A stretch of 32,000 bases of DNA from Acaryochloris marina S15 (lineage in GTDB: Bacteria > Cyanobacteriota > Cyanobacteriia > Thermosynechococcales > Thermosynechococcaceae). Made by a program: the position numbers and the translations under genes. Below, piece after piece: positions 13,260 to 22,786 of this stretch. The stretch's first letter is position 1. Each line of letters begins with the position of its first letter. A model generated the notes under the pieces. That model saw only the letters and a list, made by a program, of their open reading frames with translations. It made no database searches and had not been told where the DNA came from. The stretch spans positions 4,800,001 to 4,832,000 of the forward strand of contig NZ_CP064923.1 of NCBI RefSeq assembly GCF_018336915.1. Reading direction: 5' to 3'.

Positions 13260-15803
13260 CTAACACTGACGCAGTTCAACGTTAACAGGCTCAATCTTCC
13301 AGATATCTCGACAATAGTCATCAATCGAGCGATCCGAAGAAAACTTACCCATACGGGCCGCATTCAAAATCGACATGCGAGTCCATTTTTCCTGATCCTT
13401 ATACACCGCAGCCACCTGATCTTGACAGGCAATATAGGAAGCATAGTCGGCACAGAGGAAGTATTGGTCCTGATTCAGCAGATCATCCACCAAGGGTCGG
13501 AACAGCTCCGCATCTCCCTGAGAGAAGAACCCAGAAGCAATCCGGTCAATCGCCAGCTTCAGCTCAGCGTTGGTATGGTAATAGTCCCGAGAACGATACC
13601 CATGAGCCCGCTTGTGATAGACCTCTTCCGTCGTCAGGCCGAATAAGAAGAAGTTGTCTTCACCCACTTCTTCCCGAATTTCCACATTAGCCCCATCTAA
13701 GGTACCAACGGTAAGGGCACCATTCAGGGCAAATTTCATATTGCCTGTTCCGGAGGCTTCTTTGCCAGCGGTAGAAATCTGCTCCGACAAATCGGCAGCA
13801 GGGTAAATGCGCTGGGCCAGTTTGACATTATAGTCTTTCAAAAAGACCACCTTTAGTCGGCCTCGCACATCAGGATCGCGGTTAACCACATTTCCCACGG
13901 AGTTAATCAGCTTGATGATGAGCTTGGCCATAAAATAGCCTGGCGCCGCTTTACCCCCAAAAATAAACGTACGAGGCGTAATCTCCATTTCAGGATTAGC
14001 CTTGATGCGGTTATAGAGGGTAACGATATGGAGCAAGCTCAAATGCTGCCGCTTGTACTCATGGAAGCGTTTCGCCTGAATATCAAACAAAGAATCCGGG
14101 TCAACGGTGATGTTGTTATTATTTTGGATGTATGTCGCTAGCTCGGTCTTGCTATGCTGCTTGATGCGCCGCCACTCGACTTGAAAGCCTGCATCATCCA
14201 CAAATTGCTCTAACTGCTGCAGTTCATTCAGCTTTTTAATCCAGGAATCGCCAATTTTACTGGTAATCAGCTTACTAAGCTGGGGATTACTGAGAACCAT
14301 AAACCGACGTGGCGTCACCCCATTCGTTTTATTGGTGAACTTGTGGGGATACATTTCATAGAAATCCCGAAGCACGTCTTTTTGCAGCAGCTCCGTATGT
14401 AGCGCGGCAACCCCATTGATGGCATGGCTACCGACACAAGCCAGGTGAGCCATCCGTACATACCGCTCACCACTTTCATCAATTAGAGACATGCGAATCA
14501 TGCGCTCTTCATCATCCGGAAACTTAATCCGCACCTCATCCAAGAAGCGCTGATTAATCTCATAAATGAGTTCCAAATGGCGAGGTAACAATGAACCAAA
14601 TAGCTCGATGGGCCAACGTTCTAAGGCTTCAGGCAAGAGGGTATGGTTGGTGTAAGCAAAGGTCTGATGGGTAATGGCCCAGGCTTGCTCCCAATCCAGC
14701 TGGTGGTAATCGATCAATAGCCGCATCAGTTCTACCACTGAGATAGCGGGGTGAGTGTCATTTAGCTGAACGGCAAATTTCTTGTGGAAATTTTCTAGGG
14801 GTAAGTTCTGGCCATGCAGAATGCGAATCATATCCTGCAACGAACAGGAAACGAAGAAGAATTGCTGGGTCAGACGGAGTTGCTTGCCTTGAGAAGAATC
14901 ATCATTGGGGTAAAGGACCTTGGAAATATTTTCCGAGATCATTTTTTCGTAAACCGCTCCCAAATAGTCACCGGAGTTAAAGGACCTAAAGTCGAAGGAT
15001 TCAGGTGCTTCTGCCGTCCATAAACGCAGGGTATTCGCAGTATTAGTTTGATAACCCAAGATAGGAGTGTCGTAGGGAATCCCTTTAACGACTTGATCTG
15101 GCACCCAGCGTGAACGGTAGATACCATGATCATCTGTGTAATGTTCGGTGTGGCCGCCCAATTTAATTTCTACGGACCATTCTGGCCGGGCAATTTCCCA
15201 GGGGTTGCCTGCACTTAACCACTTATCAGTGCGTTCTACTTGCCAGCCATCGCGAATATCTTGATCAAAAATGCCAAATTCATAGCGAATGCCATACCCC
15301 AGAGAAGGAATATCCAACGTGGCGAGGGAATCCAAATAACAGGCGGCTAAACGGCCTAAGCCGCCATTTCCAAGGCCTGGCTCTTCTTCTTCTTCTTGCA
15401 GTGCATCCAAGCTGAGGCCTAATTCCGCCATGCCTTGCTCAACTTGGTCATAAATCCCGAGGTTGATGAGGTTATTGCCCAAATGCGGTCCCATTAGAAA
15501 TTCCGCAGAGAAATAGGCGACAGTCCGAGACCCTAGCTCGGTATAGGTGGCTGCCGTATTGATCCACCGTTGTAAGAGACGATCTCTGACGGTATAGGCC
15601 AACGCCATATAGTAGTCATTGGTCGTCGCCAGGGCAGGAAACTTGCCCTGTACATAGAAAAGATTATTGAGGAAAGCCCGTTTAAGGGTTTCGCTATCCA
15701 TACCGGTGCGATTGCTTAACTCGCAGCGATCTTGTAAGTCGATAGCATCGAGAGACAGTTCGCTAGAAGAACCATGAACTTGGGCTGAAGGATTGCTGGT
15801 CAT
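13260..15803 (-). CDS. glgP: glycogen phosphorylase
   Basis: 847-aa alpha-glucan phosphorylase: EPGLGNGGLGRLAACYLDS, TNHT.LPEALE, and the pyridoxal-phosphate site EASGTGNMKFALNGALT.GTLDGANVEI. Confidence 0.97.
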   Translation of the reverse strand: MTSNPSAQVHGSSSELSLDAIDLQDRCELSNRTGMDSETLKRAFLNNLFYVQGKFPALATTNDYYMALAYTVRDRLLQRWINTAATYTELGSRTVAYFSAEFLMGPHLGNNLINLGIYDQVEQGMAELGLSLDALQEEEEEPGLGNGGLGRLAACYLDSLATLDIPSLGYGIRYEFGIFDQDIRDGWQVERTDKWLSAGNPWEIARPEWSVEIKLGGHTEHYTDDHGIYRSRWVPDQVVKGIPYDTPILGYQTNTANTLRLWTAEAPESFDFRSFNSGDYLGAVYEKMISENISKVLYPNDDSSQGKQLRLTQQFFFVSCSLQDMIRILHGQNLPLENFHKKFAVQLNDTHPAISVVELMRLLIDYHQLDWEQAWAITHQTFAYTNHTLLPEALERWPIELFGSLLPRHLELIYEINQRFLDEVRIKFPDDEERMIRMSLIDESGERYVRMAHLACVGSHAINGVAALHTELLQKDVLRDFYEMYPHKFTNKTNGVTPRRFMVLSNPQLSKLITSKIGDSWIKKLNELQQLEQFVDDAGFQVEWRRIKQHSKTELATYIQNNNNITVDPDSLFDIQAKRFHEYKRQHLSLLHIVTLYNRIKANPEMEITPRTFIFGGKAAPGYFMAKLIIKLINSVGNVVNRDPDVRGRLKVVFLKDYNVKLAQRIYPAADLSEQISTAGKEASGTGNMKFALNGALTVGTLDGANVEIREEVGEDNFFLFGLTTEEVYHKRAHGYRSRDYYHTNAELKLAIDRIASGFFSQGDAELFRPLVDDLLNQDQYFLCADYASYIACQDQVAAVYKDQEKWTRMSILNAARMGKFSSDRSIDDYCRDIWKIEPVNVELRQC

Positions 15804-16324
15804 TGCACTAAAGGAAGAAAGTACCAGGAATAAACGGTCAGCCTCAATCGCACTTGAGAGCTGTGCTCAGATTATTATCATTCAATGTTAATCATGTTTG
15901 TGCTGTGCAGCACTAGAAGACCCCCCTTAACTTCATAATTTAGGATTTGCTTTAGATCCCCACACTTCATCTCAGATCCTGCATCAAAGGCTCATTTGCT
16001 GCATTCGGCCTCTACAATCTTCCAATTTTGAAGAAAGAAAGTTAGATTCAGCTGAATTTCCCTCAAAATATAGCCTTCGACATCCCAGGAAGGGGCGCTA
16101 GTCCAAGATGTTAGTCATCACACCGATTGGGTTGCATGGACTCGCGATATCGGTTATCCGCCATACCCTGGGGAAATCACCACCAACCAGACCCAAAGAT
16201 GGAAAAAGTAACGTTAGGATTTAGATAAGAAGCATGGTTGTCAGCTCAATGGTGGCGGCTGCTTATGTTTCTCCTGATATCACTTATCCAAGCAAGATTG
16301 CCCTTCTGACTCAACACAAAATTT

Positions 16325-16720
16325 ATGGAAAAAGTACAGAAAACAGAACAGGAATGGGAAGCCCAACTCACTCCAGAACAATTTCGGGTGACCCGTCACC
16401 ATGGGACGGAGCGGGCCTTTACCGGGGAATATCATGACCTGAAGACAGCAGGCACCTATCAATGTGTTTGTTGCGGTACAGACTTATTCAAATCCGACAC
16501 TAAGTTTGATTCCGGAACTGGCTGGCCTAGCTTTTGGGCACCTGCAGACAAAACTCATGTCCAGGAAAAGTCAGATCGCAGTTTGTTTATGGTCCGAACT
16601 GAGGTGCTCTGCGCAGCCTGCGATGCCCATCTAGGTCATGTCTTTAATGATGGTCCTCAACCTACAGGCCTAAGATATTGCATGAATTCTGCGGCCCTAA
16701 AATTTATCCCCACAAGTTAA
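16325..16720 (+). CDS. msrB: peptide-methionine (R)-S-oxide reductase
   Basis: Two CxxC pairs ([17 protein letters not shown]) and the catalytic RYCMNS motif. Length is a typical 131 aa. Confidence 0.95.
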   Translation: MEKVQKTEQEWEAQLTPEQFRVTRHHGTERAFTGEYHDLKTAGTYQCVCCGTDLFKSDTKFDSGTGWPSFWAPADKTHVQEKSDRSLFMVRTEVLCAACDAHLGHVFNDGPQPTGLRYCMNSAALKFIPTS

Positions 16721-16841
16721 GGGTCTGCCCCTGATGAACCAGGGGGTTTAATCCTAGGCTGGACTGCAGCCCAGCCTCTGAAACTTATAGACCCAACAGC
16801 ACTCATAGTCTTTTGAAGTCCCATCCTTACGCCAAAATCCT

Positions 16842-17396
16842 GTGAACAGAAATCATTGCTTGCAATATTTGCGAGGGTATAGTCTACTCCTTCTCCCCAG
16901 TGCGCTCCTAGCCTGTGCACCCATTGTGGATGGGGATGAGGTGGGTCGCCGAATTCACAAGGAATTTGAACGCAAAACTGAAATTGCGGTGCACTCGGTG
17001 AAATGTCCCCAAGATATTGAGAGCAAAGTAGGTAAAAAATTTGTTTGCGATATCTATGCTCTAGAGGGGAATATTCTCAAAACCCAAGTCACCTTAAAAG
17101 ATGACCAAGGTGATATTTCATGGTCTGTCCAGACGGGCCTCGTCAATTTAGGGGTGATTGAAGAGAATATTGAGAAAACCTTCCAAGATGAGCGCTTAAG
17201 CAAAGTCAAAGCCTCTTGTGATGGCAAGTTCAAAATTGCTCGCCAAGGAGACACCTTTGAATGCGACGTCCAGGAGGGGAATGATGACCAGGGCAAAGTG
17301 ATGGTCAAAGTGACGGATAAGCAGGGCAAAGTCAATTTTCAGTTCTTAGACCATGCTGATCCTGCAGCAGAAGATGAACAGCCCTCTGATCAGTAG
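16842..17396 (+). CDS. lipoprotein with two DUF4333-like repeats
   Basis: GTG start. The signal peptide ends in the lipobox LLAC. There are two repeats of the pattern V.CP/C....G..F.C.V......V.V.. (KCPQDIESKVGKKFVCDI...; ASCDGKFKIARQGDTFECDV...). Confidence 0.6.
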   Translation: MNRNHCLQYLRGYSLLLLPSALLACAPIVDGDEVGRRIHKEFERKTEIAVHSVKCPQDIESKVGKKFVCDIYALEGNILKTQVTLKDDQGDISWSVQTGLVNLGVIEENIEKTFQDERLSKVKASCDGKFKIARQGDTFECDVQEGNDDQGKVMVKVTDKQGKVNFQFLDHADPAAEDEQPSDQ

Positions 17397-17439
17397 GGGT
17401 ATCACTAGAATTAAGTCGGCAGTAAGATAGGCAATCGGA

Positions 17440-18411
17440 TTGAGTACAACCAGAGCTTGGCAACAACAAATCGGGCACCAGCGAGACTGGGCTTGGCGGG
17501 GATGGCAAATTCGCTATACCTTTATGCGCGGAACACAGGAGACGAATCAGCCCCCTATGCTGTTATTGCATGGGTTCGGTGCCTCGATTGGCCATTGGCG
17601 ATTCAATGTACCGGTATTTGCCCAAGACCGAACGGTCTACGCTCTAGATTTATTAGGGTTTGGGGCGTCCGAGAAAGTTTCTACAGATTATTTAGTGACA
17701 CTATGGGTGGAACAGGTTCATGATTTCTGGCAAACCTATATCCGCACCCCGATGATTTTGGTAGGAAATTCCCTAGGATCGTTGGTCAGTCTCACTGCCG
17801 CTGCCCTTTACCCAGAGATGGTAGCGGGCCTAGCAATGTTAACTCTGCCAGATACGTCGGTATTGAAAAATCCTTCATGGGTCAAACCTGCGATCGCACC
17901 CTTGAAACTAGCCCTCAACCCAGTGGCCGCATTAGCCAAAGCCTTTTTCACTTCTCCCCTAGTCTTCAACCCATTTTTTCGATTCATTCGTCAACCGAAG
18001 ATTATTCGCTCCTGGGTCAAGAAGGCCTATATCGATACCACTTCCGTTGAAGATGATCTAGTGGATATCCTGTCTAGTCCTGCTTATGATCAGGGCGCCG
18101 TAGATGCCCTCCGAGCCATGGTCAACACCATGTCCAAGCCCCAAATACCGAAACATACGGCGAAGGAGATGCTGCCTCAATTAACCATTCCGACTCTATT
18201 GGTTTGGGGTCAACAAGATGTCATGATCCCACCCAAGTTGGGGCCGCTCTTTGCCTGCTGCAATCCTCGGATACAGCTGGTAGAGTTAGCAAATGCCGGG
18301 CATTGCCCCCATGACGAATGTCCAGACCGACTCAACCCCATTCTTCTAGAGTGGCTCGCCTCTCACTTCCCCCTGAGTAGGCCAAAGCCAGAACAGTTGC
18401 ACTGCGCCTAG
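17440..18411 (+). CDS. alpha/beta-fold hydrolase
   Basis: W.WRGW.IRY...G....[17 protein letters not shown], the nucleophile elbow GNSLGS, and a C-terminal GHCPHDE. The conserved N-terminal W.WRGW block requires the TTG start at 17440, because there is no in-frame ATG upstream of it. Confidence 0.85.
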   Translation: MSTTRAWQQQIGHQRDWAWRGWQIRYTFMRGTQETNQPPMLLLHGFGASIGHWRFNVPVFAQDRTVYALDLLGFGASEKVSTDYLVTLWVEQVHDFWQTYIRTPMILVGNSLGSLVSLTAAALYPEMVAGLAMLTLPDTSVLKNPSWVKPAIAPLKLALNPVAALAKAFFTSPLVFNPFFRFIRQPKIIRSWVKKAYIDTTSVEDDLVDILSSPAYDQGAVDALRAMVNTMSKPQIPKHTAKEMLPQLTIPTLLVWGQQDVMIPPKLGPLFACCNPRIQLVELANAGHCPHDECPDRLNPILLEWLASHFPLSRPKPEQLHCA

Positions 18412-18466
18412 ATTTGATCGCATAATCAGGCCATTACACCACCCCAAGTTGGGGCTCAATCAAATC

Positions 18467-18985
18467 ATGAAACATACACTATCCGTCTTAGTAGAAGACG
18501 AAGCTGGCGTTCTCACTCGTATCGCCGGACTCTTTGCCCGACGAGGATTTAACATCGAAAGTCTAGCCGTTGGACCTGCCGAGCAAATTGGGGTCTCTCG
18601 CATTACGATGGTCGTCCCCGGTGATGATCGCAGCATTGAGCAGCTCACCAAACAGCTCTATAAGCTAATCAATGTCCTCAAGGTTCAGGATATTACTGAA
18701 GTCCCTTGTGTGGAACGCGAGTTGATGTTGATTAAAGTCAACGCAGCCGCTTCTCTACGATCCGAGATTGTAGAGATCGTCCAAATTTTCCGAGCTAAAG
18801 TTGTGGATGTTTCCGAAGATGCCCTCACCATTGAGGTTTCAGGCGATCCAGGCAAGATGGTGGCCATTGTCCAAATGCTGAATAAGTTCGGGATCCAAGA
18901 AATTGCTCGAACTGGCAAGATTGCTTTAACCCGAGAGTCACGGGTTAATACTGAATACTTGAAATCTTTAGCAGCCAAGGTCTGA
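18467..18985 (+). CDS. ilvH: acetolactate synthase small (regulatory) subunit
   Basis: [46 protein letters not shown] (ACT domain) followed by the ALS_ss_C part. ATG 18467 gives a typical 172-aa product. Confidence 0.9.
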   Translation: MKHTLSVLVEDEAGVLTRIAGLFARRGFNIESLAVGPAEQIGVSRITMVVPGDDRSIEQLTKQLYKLINVLKVQDITEVPCVERELMLIKVNAAASLRSEIVEIVQIFRAKVVDVSEDALTIEVSGDPGKMVAIVQMLNKFGIQEIARTGKIALTRESRVNTEYLKSLAAKV

Positions 18986-19026
18986 CCGTTGAAGATCCGT
19001 CAGACTCTGGGGATTCAAGAGCTATC

Positions 19027-19956
19027 TTAATAACTGCCGTCGTCATTCTCAGGTCCACCTGAACCAGGGCCTGGATACTTGGGTAAATCCAAGGGCTTAT
19101 AGTCTACGTAATCATCGTTGCCGTTTTGGCCGTAGGAGTCTGCACTACTATCGCCAGCATCATTAGATGAATAGCCATTAGCATCCACATCGTCAGCACC
19201 TGTGTCCTTCCGCCGGCGGTTTCTCATGGCCTTGACCGCTGATGAGTAATCATCGGGGGTATAGTCCTGATCTTCCAGCTCTCCTGTTATTTGCAGCGGG
19301 CGACGACGGCGCGGCCGATCTTCTGTTGAAGGTTCGGGAGGGGCATAGGACGTAGATGAACTGTAACCTGGGTCATAGCCATTATCTTGATCTTGGCCAT
19401 AGCTATCTTGGGAATAGCTGTTGTTGCCCTGCTCATAGTCATCATAGGCAGCAGGCCGCCGTCTAGATCGCCGACTGGGTGCTTCCTCGTTATAGTCACT
19501 CCCATAGGCATATTCATCGCGTCTTGGCCGACGGTCACCCTCGCTCCGAATGCGACGAGGCCGAGCGGGAATATCGTCTTCAAACTCCAATTGAGCTTCA
19601 GACCGCATACGGCTAGAGCGTTGAGGTCGTTTAGGGCGATAGTCATCGTCTCGATCCCGTGGCCCACCCCGCTCTCGGGGCTGTCTTACGGGGCCATTAT
19701 TAGGCAGGCGGCTCTGGATATTCTCAATCATCAGCGCCACTAACATCCCCACCACGATCATTTGTTGCAAGGACAGGGTAAACTCCATACCCAAATGGGC
19801 TAAGAGGATAACACCCGCTAGCAAGCCGAGAAAGGCATAGACATTGTCGGAATCTCGATGGTAGCCAGGCTTGATTTTATCCAAAAAGAATAATGCGATC
19901 GAACCGACGATCAGAATAACTCCAACAATGAGTGGAACAGGAGTACCGAAATTCAC
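19027..19956 (-). CDS. Ycf66-like membrane protein with a roughly 225-aa low-complexity R/D/Y/S/P-rich C-terminal tail
   Basis: The first 85 aa or so (MNFGTPVPLIVGVILIVGSIALFFLDKIKPGYHRDSDNVYAFLGLLAGVILLAHLG...) have the two-TM layout and R-D-x-D spacing of the Ycf66 N-terminal domain. The remainder has no TM segment and a strongly biased composition. Confidence 0.6.
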   Translation of the reverse strand: MNFGTPVPLIVGVILIVGSIALFFLDKIKPGYHRDSDNVYAFLGLLAGVILLAHLGMEFTLSLQQMIVVGMLVALMIENIQSRLPNNGPVRQPRERGGPRDRDDDYRPKRPQRSSRMRSEAQLEFEDDIPARPRRIRSEGDRRPRRDEYAYGSDYNEEAPSRRSRRRPAAYDDYEQGNNSYSQDSYGQDQDNGYDPGYSSSTSYAPPEPSTEDRPRRRRPLQITGELEDQDYTPDDYSSAVKAMRNRRRKDTGADDVDANGYSSNDAGDSSADSYGQNGNDDYVDYKPLDLPKYPGPGSGGPENDDGSY

Positions 19957-20406
19957 TTGGGATGTCTCTCTGGGTGACGACTGATAGCCAGGATCCGCGC
20001 ACTCAATCAGTAGTAAAACGAAGGAGAACCGCTAGGTTGGCTGTAGGGAACCAAATTGTAACTTAACCGCTACGCCCCACCTTGATCAAACTCCATGCTA
20101 ACGAGTTATGGGCCGAAATGGGATGAGCAGGGCATCTCAGTTTCTGGGTACAGCAGAATATCTTCCCTAGCTACAAGGGTTGTGAGGTGATTACAAGGAA
20201 CGAGGCGGGCGGTATGGCATATCAACCAATAAAAACGAAGAACGGCTGAACAGTATTTCCAGCCGCGCTTTAAGAAAACATATTTTAAGAAATTTTGCCC
20301 CAAATGGCATTAATAGTTAAGCTGCCAAAACGCTGTTGGAGGTGATTATTGCGCTACAGGTGGACTGGAAAAGTCAACGCTAGAGACCAACAATCACCCA
20401 AACAAC

Positions 20407-20529
20407 CTAGCGTCGTACAATCTTATCTTTTTGGCTGAAGAGGATGAATGCTCCACCAAGCAGACCCACAACAATGGCACCAAAAAGGATGCTATAGAAG
20501 AAGCCCTGTAAAGAAGGGGTAACGGTCAT
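20407..20529 (-). CDS. psbX: photosystem II protein X
   Basis: Not in the ORF track because it is under 60 aa. The minus-strand translation MTVTPSLQGFFYSILFGAIVVGLLGGAFILFSQKDKIVRR* matches the PsbX pattern (MT.TPSL.GFF...L.GA.V.G.......SQ.DK..R). An in-frame ATG five codons upstream (20544) is an alternative start. Confidence 0.8.
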   Translation of the reverse strand: MTVTPSLQGFFYSILFGAIVVGLLGGAFILFSQKDKIVRR

Positions 20530-20801
20530 TAACAAGGAAGTCATATTTTTTTGATATTACGACAGCATCTCTAATCTTAAAGGTTTGTAAGGATATTGAG
20601 AAGTCTTCTCTTAACGACAACTTATCCATAACACCCTCACCTCCTCTGAATAGACATCACTTTTCTGGGTCTCTTCCTGATCATTTTGGGCTGGTAATCT
20701 CTCCGCTCCACATAAGATGCAGACTCTCGCTGTTGCTATCCCAAGCCTAGGCAACGCGCTACACTGATAACAAATCAGGGTACTGGGTTGGATACTTTTT
20801 T

Positions 20802-21086
20802 ATGACCTTAGAAACGCTACTAATTTGGGGCCTTAGCTTTTGCTTCGGGCTATTTATCTTTCTATTTATTTTTAGAATTATCCTGACTTGGTATCCCCAG
20901 GTTGATCTCAATCAGATGCCGGTTTCCCTGGCAACCTGGCCAACAGAACCCTTTTTGATCCCCACCCGTAAACTTATCCCACCTATGGGAGGCGTAGATA
21001 TTACACCTATTATTTGGGTCGGCATCACTAGCCTGCTGCGTGAAGTCCTGCTTGGACAGCAAGGTTTACTGAGAATGCTATTCTAG
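20802..21086 (+). CDS. YggT-family membrane protein (Ycf19-like)
   Basis: FRIILTWYPQVDLN...PFLIPTRKLIPPMGGVDITPII is the YggT repeat signature. Length is 94 aa. Confidence 0.85.
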   Translation: MTLETLLIWGLSFCFGLFIFLFIFRIILTWYPQVDLNQMPVSLATWPTEPFLIPTRKLIPPMGGVDITPIIWVGITSLLREVLLGQQGLLRMLF

Positions 21087-21159
21087 GCCACTTTTTCCAT
21101 CCCATCTTGTTGCTGGGAAAGAGATTAGAGCCAATGCATAGCAGCCTAAATCAGGCGAA

Positions 21160-22509
21160 CTATTGCAACCCCATCACTTCTTGAATGAAATTGGTATAAA
21201 CCTCACCTTGATTAAATTCTGGGGTGTCTAAAATCTTTTGGTGAAATCCAATAGTGGTGGGCAATCCGGTAATTGCACATTCTTGCAATGCCCGCTTCAT
21301 GCGTGCGATCGCAGTCGGTCGATCTCGCCCCCAAACAATCAGCTTGCCAATCAGCGAATCATAATAGGGAGGAATCTCATAATCCGTATAAACATGAGAG
21401 TCCACCCGTACCCCAGGCCCTCCAGGCGGCAGATAGCCATTGATGCGACCTGGATGGGGACGGAAATTATGGTCAGGATCTTCGGCATTGATGCGGCACT
21501 CGATGGCATGCCCCGTCAACTTCACTTGATCTTGGGTCACGCTCAGTTTTTCGCCTTGGGCAATGCGGATCTGCTCCGCAATCAAATCTAAGCCCGTTGT
21601 TACCTCCGTCACCGGATGTTCCACCTGAATTCGGGTGTTCATCTCCATGAAGAAGAATTCCCCCGTAGAAGACAGGAGGAACTCAACAGTGCCTGCACCC
21701 ACATAGCCAATGGATGCGGCAGCCCGGACAGCTGCAGATCCCATTTTTTCTCTCAGTTCTGGGCTTAGGGCTGGGCTGGGGGACTCTTCTAGTAACTTTT
21801 GATGTCGTCGCTGGATCGAGCAATCCCGCTCGCCCAAGTGAACCACATTGCCATAGCTATCTGCAAAAATCTGAAACTCAATATGGCGAGGATTTTCAAT
21901 AAATTTTTCGATATAGACCCCAGGATTACCAAAGGCCGCCTCTGCTTCTCCCTGAGCCGCTAAATAAAGCTTGCCTAAATTTTCAGGTTCCCGCACCAAG
22001 CGCATTCCCCGACCACCCCCACCAGCAGTGGCTTTGACCATGACGGGATAGCCCATCTCATCGGCAATTTTCTTAGCCGTTGCTTCATCCGGTACCAGCC
22101 CATCACTCCCAGGAACGGTGGGCACTCCGGCGTTTTGCATGGTTTCTTTGGCCGTAGACTTATCTCCCATCGCTCTCATGGCTTCAGGGGTAGGACCAAT
22201 AAAGTGAATCTTATGATCAGCACATATTTCAGCGAAGCGAGCATTTTCCGCCAGGAAGCCATACCCCGGATGAATGGCAGTGGCATTCCGGGTTAACGCA
22301 GCCGAAATAATATTGGGAATATTGAGGTAGCTCTTACTGCTCGCCGGTTCGCCAATACAGACCGCTTCATCTGCTAACTGCACATTAAGAGATTGCTGAT
22401 CCACCGTGGAATGGACTGCTACAGTGGCAATTCCCATCTCTCCACAGGTGCGGAGTATCCTCAAGGCAATCTCGCCTCGATTAGCAATTAAAATCTTAGA
22501 AAAACGCAT
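21160..22509 (-). CDS. accC: acetyl-CoA carboxylase, biotin carboxylase subunit
   Basis: [22 protein letters not shown]..., the ATP-grasp GGGGRGMR, and [14 protein letters not shown]. Full length is 449 aa. Confidence 0.97.
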   Translation of the reverse strand: MRFSKILIANRGEIALRILRTCGEMGIATVAVHSTVDQQSLNVQLADEAVCIGEPASSKSYLNIPNIISAALTRNATAIHPGYGFLAENARFAEICADHKIHFIGPTPEAMRAMGDKSTAKETMQNAGVPTVPGSDGLVPDEATAKKIADEMGYPVMVKATAGGGGRGMRLVREPENLGKLYLAAQGEAEAAFGNPGVYIEKFIENPRHIEFQIFADSYGNVVHLGERDCSIQRRHQKLLEESPSPALSPELREKMGSAAVRAAASIGYVGAGTVEFLLSSTGEFFFMEMNTRIQVEHPVTEVTTGLDLIAEQIRIAQGEKLSVTQDQVKLTGHAIECRINAEDPDHNFRPHPGRINGYLPPGGPGVRVDSHVYTDYEIPPYYDSLIGKLIVWGRDRPTAIARMKRALQECAITGLPTTIGFHQKILDTPEFNQGEVYTNFIQEVMGLQ

Positions 22510-22786
22510 GTTTCAACAGGAGCGTAACGCTCAATAACCTTCTCGCAATGACCCAGGACGAACCTGCTACACGCCCCAAGTCAAAACCCCTAAGGAGCTG
22601 CGTGAAACGAAATTCCACCACACATTCGTCCAGTAGCGGTAAGCAGTGTCAAAAGTAAAATCCAGAGTCATCGTATCATGCAGATGCGGCCAAGTTTGCT
22701 CTGGTAATCCTAAGAGTTCAACGAAGGGCAAATGTACGAGGATAGCCCTTTCCTGGCAAAGTTGTCTGACTCAATTTAAGACGCCG

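Noticed and set aside
16234-16462. ORFs 16234-16437 (+) and 16280-16462 (-) around the msrB start.
   Set aside because: They overlap the well-supported msrB CDS and have no motifs. They were rejected as spurious.
16728-16790. Hairpins after msrB (CCCCTG-atgaac-CAGGGG at 16728-16745; AGGCTGG-actgcagc-CCAGCCT further on), and GTCTGAC-N12-GTCAGAC after ilvH (about 18981-19006).
   Set aside because: The stems are short (6-7 bp) and lack a proper U-tract. They are too weak to call as terminators with confidence.
19287-19743. Overlapping ORFs of 126 aa (-) and 118 aa (+) inside the ycf66-like gene.
   Set aside because: They are a by-product of the biased codon composition of the low-complexity tail. 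They have no independent start signals or motifs.
19957-20406. A 65-aa ORF (20106-20303) and a possible structured RNA in the gap between ycf66 and psbX.
   Set aside because: The ORF is Cys/Trp/Leu-rich and implausible. I looked for hallmark strings of tRNA (GGTTCGAATCC-like), RNase P RNA (GAGGAAAGTCCGGGC), tmRNA and SRP RNA and saw none. An unknown sRNA cannot be excluded from sequence alone.
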